Assembly: GCF_001194135.2 (NCBI RefSeq)
Contig: NC_068989.1
Coordinates: 38,996,045-39,050,958 of the forward strand
Length of the DNA: 54,914 bases
Source of the DNA: Octopus bimaculoides
Taxonomy: Eukaryota
Direction of reading: 5' to 3'
The notes under the pieces were generated by a model, which saw only the letters and a program-made list of their open reading frames with translations, made no database searches and was not told the origin of the DNA. Within the stretch, counting starts at the first letter, position 1; the number at the start of each line of letters is the position of its first letter. Both the position numbers and the translations under genes were made by a program. This document shows positions 13,472 through 24,800 of the stretch, one piece after another.

Positions 13472-14012
13472 TTTCCATATATGTGTGTGAATGTATAGAT
13501 ATATGTGTATGGAGAGAGAGAAGGAGAGAAAAGAGGTGTTATTTTTTTAAACCTATTCATATATATATCTATAAAAATTATATATTCAATGCACTTAAAC
13601 AAACACACACACATGTAAGCATTTAACCTATATTCAAAGATAAAAGCAATTTAAAAACCACTTTACCCCACTCCTCAGAACCCCAGACATATCACACACA
13701 ACCCTTATATGTCCATGCTAAATACTGTCTTTCAACACAACATCTATTTCTGAGATCTTCACTGGCTCAAAGGGTTCCATGTTTGTATGTGCATGTGATA
13801 GAATTGCCTTAGGCCATGTTACAAATATTCTATCTCCAGAGAATCTATTTGACACTATCACTTATGCCATTTCCAGTGTTTTGTTGTAATCAACAGCCTG
13901 AAGAGAGAAGAGGCTTTATGACAGGCTGACTTGATTCTTGACACTCTACAGGATACAGAGGGCTTTGGTTTTGATTCAAAGCATCATCAAATATTGCAAC
14001 AATTTCCCATTT

Positions 14013-14131
<119 letters not shown>

Positions 14132-14254
14132 ATTATTCCATACTAATTAGGTGAACTTTTCCAAATACTTCTTTAAGTAGACTATATAAATATACCTTAA
14201 GTAATTACTTGCATAAATTTTATTCACTTACACTGTTTTGTTTTTTTTCTTTCT

Positions 14255-14673
14255 GGATGTGTGGTAAAAAGTTTGCTTTCCAGCCACATGGACTGTTATG
14301 TGTTCAGTCCCATTCTGTGGCACCTCGAGCAAGTGTCTTCTTCTATAGCCTCATGCCCACCAAAGCCTTATGAGTGGATCTGGTAGATAGAAACTGGAAG
14401 AGGCCCATCGTATATGTGTGTGAGTGTATTATACGTGCATGCATGTGTGTATGTGTGTACCTTTGTGTTAGTGTTTGTCCTCCACCACCACATGACAACT
14501 GGTGTTATTGTCTTTGTTTCCCCATAACTTAGCAGTTCAGCAAAAGAGTCCAGTAGAATAAGTACTAGCCTTAAAAAAAGTCCTGGGGGTCAATTTGTTC
14601 GACTAAAACTTTTCAATGTAGTGCTCCAGTATGGCTGCAGTGAAATGACTGAAACAAGAAAAAGATAAAAGAT
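14255..14673 (+). mobile_element. SINE family A copy
   Basis: Full head-to-tail match, ending aaaagataaaagat. Confidence 0.85.
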
Positions 14674-15078
14674 TTGTCAGTATTCATCATTTCTGTTGAT
14701 CATCTCCTTGGCCATTGCTTTTCTACAGATATTTATTTCACCCCTTGTTACTTCCCATTTCACATATCTTATATTTCACTGTTAGATTTTAATTTTCTTT
14801 ACTTTCACTCTCATTACTTCCATTTTGTTCAACACTATCGTTTATTATATATAAGTAATTTCATCTCTTTCTAACAAGCAATTTGGTCTCTTCATCAATG
14901 GAAACTTTTTTTTTTTTTCATCTTGCATATATTTCATACTGGTTATCACTTGTTTCTTTGAATTTCATTATTTGATGTGTGTGTGTGCGTGTACGTGTTT
15001 GCTTTTTACCTTCCTATCACATACTTCTTAATTTCTTCTTCTCCACTCTATTTCCCCACTATGTTTCTGTTTTCTAGA

Positions 15079-15775
15079 GCAGCATCAACACCAAGCAGCT
15101 ATTAGGAATATATAAACTTTAGGGTAGTTAAAATATATTTAAGACATATTTTAACTTCTAAAGGTAAATTCAGGGAGAAAGAATTCCCTCTTATGGTAAA
15201 AGGTGTAAAAACATCATATCTGCTCAGAGCTTTCCTTTAGCAGATTCTCAGACATGCATTTCTGGTTCTTTAGCCTTCCAGAATGGGAAATACCAAAGAG
15301 ACGTGACCTAGAGCAGATTCAAAGTTGTAGCTTTAATTAAAAACAGTCAATATCAGTGACTGAGTTGCACTAGTGCATTAGTGGTCAAAATTAAAATAGC
15401 AGCATCAATGCCAAACAGTGATAAGAAATAAATAAACTTCAGGGTAGTTAAAATATGTTTGTGACATATTTTAACTTCTAAAGTAAAATTCACTGCAGTT
15501 ACTGTGGAGAAAAAAATTCCCTCTTATGATAAAAGGTGTAAAAACACCATATCTCCTTGGTGGTTTCCTTCAGCAGGTTCTGAGACATGTATTTCTGGCA
15601 TTTTAGCCTTCCACAATAGGAAATACCAAAGAGAGATAACCCTGGGCAGATTCAAAGCCATAGCTTTAGCACATCTCAATCGCTGATGTTGACTGCTTTT
15701 AGTTAGTGAGCTGCCTGGTCAGAATAAAAATAGCAGCATCAATGCCAAGCAGTGATTAGGAATAAATAAACTTTT
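15079..15775 (+). repeat. Diverged tandem repeat, two units of 320 and 334 bp plus a partial third
   Basis: Units start gcagcatcaa at 15079, 15399 and 15733; roughly 80-85% identical by eye; each full unit holds a 13-5-13 palindrome. Confidence 0.9.
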
Positions 15776-16206
15776 TTTTACCTTGCTTGGGAATAGGGGA
15801 TGATTGATGACAGGAAGGGTATTCAACCATAGAAAATCTGGCTCAGTGAATTCCATCAAACCCATGCAAATATGAAAAAGTGAATGTTAAAATGAAGTCA
15901 TTGTTGATGGTGGTGGCAATGATGACAATGACATACTAAATGAAATATGAATTGCCTATTATTAAAATCCAAAATTTTAGCTGAACATGAATCCATAGTA
16001 ATGTGAACTCTGAATTTGATACTTTAATTTCTCGAACTTGTATTTTAGCCTATACTGTTTATATTACAATGGGTCATTTTCTGTCATTCTGCTGCCAGTA
16101 AAAACATTAATCATGCAAGGAGCTCCATAAATTGTTCAAAGTAAAAGTCCTTTTATAAAGTCTGTGTTGTCTATATGTTGCAAGACGCAAACACACACAC
16201 ACACAT

Positions 16207-16253
<47 letters not shown>

Positions 16254-16612
16254 TACACACATATCACAAAAAATAATTATATTTGTACATAGAGCCATTT
16301 TTTAATGTTTATGTTGTGCTGTGCTGACAGACTTGCACTTAAAATTCCCGCATTATAAATCAAAACTTGTTCATTACTATGGTAACAACACTATCTGTCT
16401 ATTTATCTATCTATATATCTAATTATCTCTCTTTTACACTCTCTCTTTCTCTCTCCCTCCCTTTGCATTTCTCTCTCAACAACTTTTTCTCCTCTCCTTC
16501 TAAAAATATGTTCTGACATATTTTGATTCCTCCCCTTGTTTCCCTTCCTTGAATAGATTTTGTGACAGACAGACAGACAAAGATTTGCTTTACTTTCATA
16601 ATTTAAGATTAA

Positions 16613-16897
16613 CCAAACTGAGAATGTATTTGGATGGATATATATCTTATGTTTCAGTTCAATTTGAAAATAAAGAGTTTGGAAGAATTTTGTAAAATAG
16701 CCTTTTCCATTTAATAAATGGAAAAAGCTGGCTTTTAGACATTTAAAATGATTTAAGCTTGATGTATTAAGTTGGTATTTAAAACATCAAAACATTCCTG
16801 TATTAAATTATGGTACACAGATTTTTAATTTACATGTGTCCATTTATATCATGTCATAGAACCAGAAACCGTCTCAACCAAGTTGGTATTGAAAGGG
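16613..16897. mobile_element. Possible piggyBac-like MITE with a damaged left end
   Basis: Right end gaaaggg|TTAA (16898-16901); left TTAA|cc at 16609-14 but with no matching TIR. Confidence 0.35.
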
Positions 16898-18161
16898 TTA
16901 ACTGAGAATAAAAACTAAACAAAGCAAAATACAGAAGTCAGCGTTTATCCCATCAGCTGACTGAAAGAATTAAATCTATCCTATATAGAATCACCGATAA
17001 GAGAAAAAACATTTAACATTGTATTTTCCACGAAAAAAAAAGATATATATATATATATATGTAATGGGACTGAACCATTTTGCAACTCTCTGATCTATAT
17101 TATGGAATGGGAACTGTGCCAAAAACTCAGTCAGATTAATCATATTAAAGTTTTGTATTCACAACCATATGGTTAGTAGTATTCTAACCTCAAAGGAATT
17201 GTATGGAATGAAAACTTATTTTCACAACAAAAAAAGATGACAGAATGTCATTAATATATTTTCCCACACATTTCATAGGGTAAACTAAAATTAGTAAAAC
17301 TAACTAGAAAGCTTTTGGTAATGACTTCTGAGAAGTTGGAGCAAAGAAGAAAAAAAAAAGACATGGTAAAAACTACTGAATGTTGTTTCTAAATCTAGGA
17401 ATTTACTATTACTCAGAAAAATACAAGATTACATTAAAAAGAAAAAAAAATCATTGATAAATGTTTATCTCAATAACTAATGGAATGATATTCTTTGATG
17501 AAATATAGTACATGAATATATACTGTCCAAGAGATAATGGGTTTTTACCTGAAATTACCACGGCTTTTATATCTTTAATAATAAGAGTTTTAAGTCTGAT
17601 TATTATGAGTGACTTCTCTATTGCAACTGAAATAAAAAAATTTTTTAATATTTTAATGCAATGCTGTATTTCTGAGTTTTTTTCTTTTCTTTTTAAATGA
17701 CATAGACAAAGCCAAACAATGAAAAACTTATATTAATGGCGATAGAATTTGGAAAACATACTGTATGCTAGATCTTTTAGTCTGACTTATTTAGTAAATG
17801 AAGAAACACTCAAAGAAGTTCTACTTCCTTATTGACAGAAAAACAAGGCTAATTTTGAAATGCTGCTTTACTTAAGTCCATTCATTACTGGCTATTGTTG
17901 ATGGTTTACGCTTATTCCTTGCTTCTTTGTTGTTATAGAAGATATGACTTTAATTTATTCATTGCTTCTTCACCTTTATGGAAGATATACTTTTAAATTA
18001 TCACTGGCCACAAATTGCATTCTTTTGAGATATCTTTTTTTTTCACTTTCAAGTATCTTTATCTACATGCATGATTTCATGATTTACAAGTCGATATATT
18101 TCAAAATAGGTAAATGCGTGTGCGCGCATGCACACACATACACACACACACAAATAAATGC

Positions 18162-18230
<69 letters not shown>

Positions 18231-18341
18231 TGTGTGGTTAAGTTCACTTTGTAACGATAGCCATTGCATAGCACCTTGGACAATGCTTTGATAAGGAATT
18301 TGATAAATGGTAACTATAGGAAGTCCAACATGTGTATTTAT

Positions 18342-20034
18342 ATCATCATCATTTAACGTCTGTTGTCCATGCTGGCATGGGGTGGATGGTTTGATTAGGG
18401 CTGGTAACCTGAAGGGCTGCACCAGACTCCAGTCTGATTTGGCATGGTTTCTACAACTGGATACCCTTCCTAACACCAGTCACTCCAAGAGCCTAATGGG
18501 TGATTTTATGCTTCCACCAGCATGGGTGTCAGTTGTGTGACACCAGTATCTGCCACGACTATGATTTCACTTGACTTCGTGGGTTTTCTACTCAAGTATG
18601 GCATATTGCCAAAGGTTTCAGTCATTTGTCATTGCTTCCATGAGGCTCAACACTCAAAAGGCATTTTTTATGTGCCACTGGTAAGGGTGCTAGTTATATG
18701 ACACTGACATCAGCCATATAGCCTCCATAAGGCCCAACACTGGAAAAAGGTGCTTTTTATATGTTACCGGTACAAATGCCAGTTATGTGATATCAGAATC
18801 GACCACGAGTATGATTTCACTTGGCTTGACAGGTTTTCTCAAGCACAGCATATCGCCAAAGGTCTCAGTCATTAGTCATTACCTCCTTCAGGACCAATGT
18901 TCTGAAATCATGCTTCATCACCTCATCCCATGTCTTCCTGGGTCTACCTTTTTCACATGTTTCCTCTACAGATGGGCATCAGTTCTTCACACAGCTGTCC
19001 TCATCCATGCCTATCACATGACTATACCAATGCAGTTGTCCCTCTTGCACACCACCTCTCATGCTTCTTATACCCAACTTTTCTCTCAAGATTCTTACAC
19101 TTTGTTGTACATACACACTGATATTGCACAACCAGTGAAGCATATTACCTTCATTTCTTACAAGCTTACACATGCCCTCGGCAGTCACAGCTCATGTTTC
19201 ACTGCCATGTAGCATAGCTAATATGCACACAAACATCATACAGTCTGCCTTTCACTCTGAGAGAGAGGCCCTTCATTGCCAACTGAGGTAGACTCTTTCT
19301 GAACTTTGCCCAGCCTATTCTTATTCTCACAGCTATGCTCCTGAAACATCTATCTCCACTACTGACTTGGTCAACTAGATAATGGAAGCTATCAACTATC
19401 TCTAGCTTACCATGCTGGCATTTGATGGAGTCTATTTTCTGTACGTTTTTAGCATTTATTGTATCTGTGCACTTTCCACACACAAGCCAATTTTCCCAGT
19501 TAACCTTCCTCTGATATTACTGCACTTCTTAGGTGTCCATAGCTTTTACCAGGTACATCTTATGAAATTTCTACTTATGCCTTTTTTACAGATTGAGCAG
19601 GACCATTTACCTGAAGGGATTTGTGATTTGTCTACTTTCCTACTTACTATGACTTTGGTTTTTGCTAGGTTAACTCTAAGGCCCTTCAATTTTTGACCTC
19701 GCTTTTACACCTGAAATTTCTTCTCTAGTTCTGATAGTGATTCGACTATTAGAATGATGTCTTCAGCATAGAACTCCCAGGGGAATCCTGTCTTAAATTC
19801 CTCTGATATTGCCTGGAGAACTATGATGAACAAGAGGGAGCTGAGGACTGATCCTTGGTGAACCCCTACTTGTACCCTGAATTCATTGCCAACTCTCACC
19901 TTACTGACTGAAACTCTACATGGCTTATATAGATCACACCAACCACTTGTCTATCCCTAGTTTCTGCATTGACCACCAGATAAGGGATTCAGGGACCCTG
20001 TCAAAAGCTCTCTTCATGTCAACAAAAACCAAAT

Positions 20035-20036
<2 letters not shown>
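18342..20036 (-). mobile_element. RTE-clade LINE, 5'-truncated within RT, with PHD-like insert and (GAT)n tail
   Basis: Minus strand reads YLVFVDMKRAFDRVP..IWWSMQKLGIDKWLV; VGVHQGSVLSSLLFIIVL; FYAED (YADD site); VNLAKTKV; CSIC..CTW*KLWTPKKC..CGKC; VDSFHYL; RIRIGWAKFR; QLHWYSHV. 3' end ...gacgttaaatgatgatgat. Multiple stops and frameshifts. Confidence 0.92.
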
Positions 20037-20078
<42 letters not shown>

Positions 20079-22762
20079 CTGTGTCTGTGTGTGTATATTA
20101 AAATACAAAAAACATATATGCTGTGTTATGCTTTATAAAACATGTGCATTTCATCAAATTACTTGCCATGGTTACATAACAGCCTGCTGAAATATTATGT
20201 AAATCTTATTAATTCTTCTTCTCAGTGTTGAACAAAGAATGATGTTAAGTGTTCAGTGTATTCCAATTATGCAAATTATCAATAACATTAATGGAGTAGC
20301 TGAACAGAGTGGAGTAAAAGAGAAGGTCAAGGCAGCTTTTCCATATCCAAGTGGGCAGATACACTCCATGCTTACAACCATTCTCATATGTATATAAAAG
20401 AAAGAAAGAGACAAGATAACTCTAGTATCAATCACCCCAACAACAACAATTCCAGCTCCAGAGACCACAAGAATAACATTGATAATGCAATAATAAAAAT
20501 TGTTAATAGCAAGAATAGCAGTCACAGTACAAGTAATCCTGTTTTAAGTCAAGGTTAAGGAAGCTAGTGTCAAGTTCATAGTAGCAGCTTTCTGCAACCA
20601 TAAACATTGCTTTCTGGCTTACAAACAGTGTGTTGGTAAGAATTTCCATTGTCAGTGGTGTGCAAAATGTATATCCTACCCCTCATGCTAACACTCACAT
20701 ACATTAATGTCCCAGTATATCATGTCCACATACACTACACCAAGCCTAAATATTCACATGCATTTTTACGCTGCTCACTTAAATTCTGCATGAACAATGC
20801 ATGTTTTTTTGATAATACCCAATCCCATCGTTACTTGTGTCCTCCATTGGTGGCAATTACAAGCTTTTCTTTCCCATATTTCACAAGCTTTCAATGAAGA
20901 CTTTACTCAATCCTTAAATTGTCTTGTCTTCTGCTAGGAGTGCTTTTACTAAGCAAGTTCACCATATAGGACCTGCTTAGGAATCATCTGATCATTCATC
21001 CAAACAAGTTGTCCAGTCCAATGTAAACGGTATGTGTGCACCATCACCTCAATGCGCAGGACATTGGCTTCTTTCAAGATCTCTGTGCCTGGAGTCTACA
21101 AGGACAAGCCAACATTCAGAATGTATCTTAGGCATCTCTGGGGAAAATTTTCAAAGACTCTTACATGATGCCTGTAAAGGGATCATGTCTCACATGAGTA
21201 AAGGAGTGATATCAGCTCATAGGCATCATCCACAGCAACATACAGACACACATATACAGACATATATGTACACAGCGTGGATATGGATACATACACACAT
21301 GAACAAATAACTCCATATTACCCACTATTATGTCAAATGACAAACACTTTCTAAAGCAACATTGCTCCTACCCCTGAGCACACACACTTACCTGTTGTTG
21401 CACACCAGCATATAAGTTCATAGGTAGTCACCAAACAGTGGTAGATTATCCAAAAATATTATGTAGGTTCATTTTGTCCTGTAAGTCAATAAACCTGTTC
21501 AGTTGGTAGTCATAGGGGATGCATGATGCATTGTTCAAAAGAGTGTATAATTACATGCAATCCAGTTAATTGTTCCAAGTGTTGTGCATACTTGATTGGG
21601 TAGTATTCAGGCTTGTGGGGGCAACTTGTAATCCAATATCTTGTACTTCATTATTCTCAGTATAACTATAGTTGGGTACTCCATGGAAACATTGGCAATA
21701 CAAGCACAGTCAAAGTAAATATATATACAGGTGGATGGGGTGAGAAAGGAGTTCATACACCAGTATACAGGCAGGGATGTTCAGGAAGAGGGTGTTATGG
21801 TAAAATTGGAAGAAATGCTGCTAAGCATTTTGCCTGTTGCACTAATGATTCTGCCAGCTCTTTGCCTTCTATTGTCCTGCCTTAATAAAACAATAATGAT
21901 TATTTCTTTAAATGTGGTGAATTGGCAGTGTCATTTGAGTAAAAGTAGAATGCCTCACAGGATTTATTTTGACTCAGCCCTATGGGTTCAAATCCTGTTA
22001 AGGATGACTTTTGTATTTTATCCTTTTAGAATTACCAAAATGATAGTGGATTGACAGAACTGTTGGATAATTGAGTAATATGTCTGTCAGTATTTATTTC
22101 AGCCCATTCAAGTAAAAAGTTATTGTTTGCAGCGATACATTCAGGTGTAGGTAGTTTATCTGGAATTTGTTGGAAATATTTATCTGGAGCCATTTGAATG
22201 TTATGAGAGCTTTTTGCTCTCTTTACATGTTTTGGCATGTTAAAGAGAGTAGGGTCCATTGAGGTGAATAGTTTGGTCTTGGTGTTGTAAGGTGACATGA
22301 GCATGATTTTTGTAGAGAATGGATGCAAATAGTATTTATCTTGTTATGGTTTATAAACATTCAGAAAGTTACCATTGATTTCAGGAATACAATAGAAGAC
22401 AAGAAAGCAATGATAACTTTCTGACTGGTTATATATTATAACCAGGAATATACTATGCAACAATAAAAAGTATAACCACTCAAATTTCTAAAATGACACT
22501 GGTCCCTAGTTGTTTTGATCCAATTTGGTGGACTACACCAAACACCAAAGTATAGAGAGGAAAGACTTGCATATGTGAACAACTGCTAGTTCTCCTTCAA
22601 AAGTTCTCATCCAGGCCTTGCAGATATGTGTGTAGATGCTTGGTTGACATTGAAGAAGAAAGGATTGACCTTGCTATATTAATAAATTTTCTGTCAGTTT
22701 CAGTTTCTTAATGACTTCTCGAGATTTCTTTTTGTCTTACATATTTGTTTCTTCTTTTGTAG

Positions 22763-22914
22763 ATTTGATTGCCATACCAGACTTTGAACAAGGTGCTATG
22801 GAGAATTGGGGCCTCATAACATTCAGAACAACTCATTTATTGTTTGATTCATCTCAAACTGTGAGATTAAGAATGTCAGTAATTGAAACAATTGCTCATG
22901 AGTTTGCCCATCAG
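22763..22914 (+). CDS. Internal coding exon of an M1-family zinc aminopeptidase (ANPEP/ENPEP/ERAP/LNPEP-like), catalytic GAMEN-HExxH exon
   Basis: Encodes (D)[50 protein letters not shown]. Acceptor: pyrimidine tract then ttttgtAG (22761-62). Donor: cag|GTgagg (22915). Phase-1 start in Asp and phase-0 end after HQ match the equivalent vertebrate M1 exon as I recall it. Paralog cannot be assigned from one exon. Confidence 0.95.
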
Positions 22915-23489
22915 GTGAGGAATACATCAGAAGCTCTGCTTTTGTTTATTTTAATTTTACATTTCAAAATTCAGAAACTTTCATTTTTTTGTTTTTCCGT
23001 GATTCTCATATATATTATGTCATTGCTAACAACTGGAAGAAGGTGCTTCTTTTCCACTTACTAAAGTGGAAAAGCTTTGGTCAGGAGGGGTTGATATCAT
23101 CAAACTGGATCCAACAGTCATTGGGTAATTTGGCCCTAAACTGTAAATCACTGGTTTCACCTCAACAATAGAAAGGGAGAAAACAGTGGTAACTTTTTGG
23201 CTGGTTACATGTCATAACCAAGAATGTTCTACTCAACATAATAAAAATATAACTACTCAAATTCTCTTTTAGAGTGTACCTCTTTTTTTCTGAATTATGA
23301 ACTCCTGACCAATAACACACACACACACACACGCGAATGTATGTATATATGTACATAATCATTAATGAATAAAAGAAAAATAATTGAATATATATTCATC
23401 AATTGGCAGAAAAGTTCTGACTTAGTAAAATATCAACATATTTGAATACAATAAACTTTTGAAGTGATGATATCCAGTTATCAACCTGA

Positions 23490-24800
23490 TATCAGTCTTC
23501 ACCATTTCTTTCCATACATTTCTTTAGCTTACTCTTCTGAGGGTTACTTTCAATTGGATCATTTGTCACTTCTTTACCCAACTGTCATTCACCAGGCGAA
23601 TTTTATGTCCATACCAATTCAGTCTTCTCTCTAACACATCCAGTTATTCTCAGCTAATCTGTACTTGTTATTACTCTTTACATACATAAACATTACACAC
23701 CAGGAGAGAATCTGCACCTCATTTATTTCCAGCCTTTCCATATGCGCTGCATTTCTTCCACAATCAATGTTCGTGTTTAGCTGCCATGCAACAATGTACT
23801 TTCTACAAAAACATCTAATATTCTACACTTCTCTTGTTTCTTAGTAAATGTAATAGTTCCTTAACTGTTTTTATCCCATCCTTACTGTAACCTCTATGCT
23901 TTCAGAACACACACCTTTACTAATACAAATAAAAAGTGCTACCTTCTCTGTGAACTCTACCTTGAAATTACAACAATTCATTTCATGAATGCCGTTAGAA
24001 CAAACTACTGTTGCATAGCTGCTATATATAAAACTACATTCTCTCTCAATCTGCCTGTGACTCTATTGTACCTCTTCTGCACCTTGAGTGTATATTGATT
24101 ACACAGTATGGAATATTTACTTAGGACTTTATGGAATATCAAACCTAGTACCATGATAAGTGACAGTAGGCTTCTGTATTTTTTCTTTTAAGCTATGACT
24201 TATGTCCTTGCTAGAATATTTTTAGACTTCTAGATTTTAGCTCTGCTTCCATGTTTCAAACTTTTCCTTTAAATTTTAAAGCAATACTATAAAAATTAGG
24301 TTTACAGTTCCTTTGAGCAGTGAGTCTTAAAATTTTCTGCTTGGCCAAAAGGTTAATCATAAACAGGTGGCAGTAGCCAAGAACCAAACCCTGAGAAATA
24401 CCTATCAACATATTAAAGTTCTTACTGACGAGTTCATTAGCACCTTTGTATATGCTTTTGAAGGTTCTCACAAGCCATTTGTATTCAGTTTTCTTCATGG
24501 CTAACAGACTCCAGTTCATGGAACCCTACCAGATATTTTGATGTTAGTTAAAAAATTCTGCAGTTGTCTCACTATAAAGAGAGCATCAAATGTACTCCAT
24601 CCTGGCACAAACTTGAGCTACTCTTATCTTCCTAATTAGCTGTTCTGTAATTCTTTCTGTTACTTTCAGAACTTTTGTCAATCAGTTTGATGCATCTGTT
24701 GTTGCCCTTGTACCACTTAATAATGTTACCGCTATGAAAATCATTGTGTATTAATACCTTCTTTTATTTCCTGATTGACTATGAGAGTGATTAGTCTCTG
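23490..24800 (-). mobile_element. Older, more degenerate RTE-clade LINE relic
   Basis: Minus strand reads YKGNNRCIKLID; WSLLAMKKTEYKWLVRTFKSIY..IGISQGLVL; SILCNQYTLKVQKRYNRVTGRL; thumb-like remnants to about 23560. Boundaries approximate. Confidence 0.75.

Noticed and set aside
15079-15775. CRISPR-like array
   Set aside because: Eukaryotic context; the whole 320-334-bp unit repeats; no unique spacers and no cas genes.
20226-20400. Candidate upstream aminopeptidase exon (acceptor-like ctcag, reads ..AAFPYPSGQ)
   Set aside because: Only FPYP resembles IPYPLPK; no other similarity and no suitable donor.
22711-23064. Full 117-aa ORF from the ORF track as a single-exon gene
   Set aside because: Homology is confined to 22763-22914 between canonical AG/GT sites; the flanking codons are intronic read-through.
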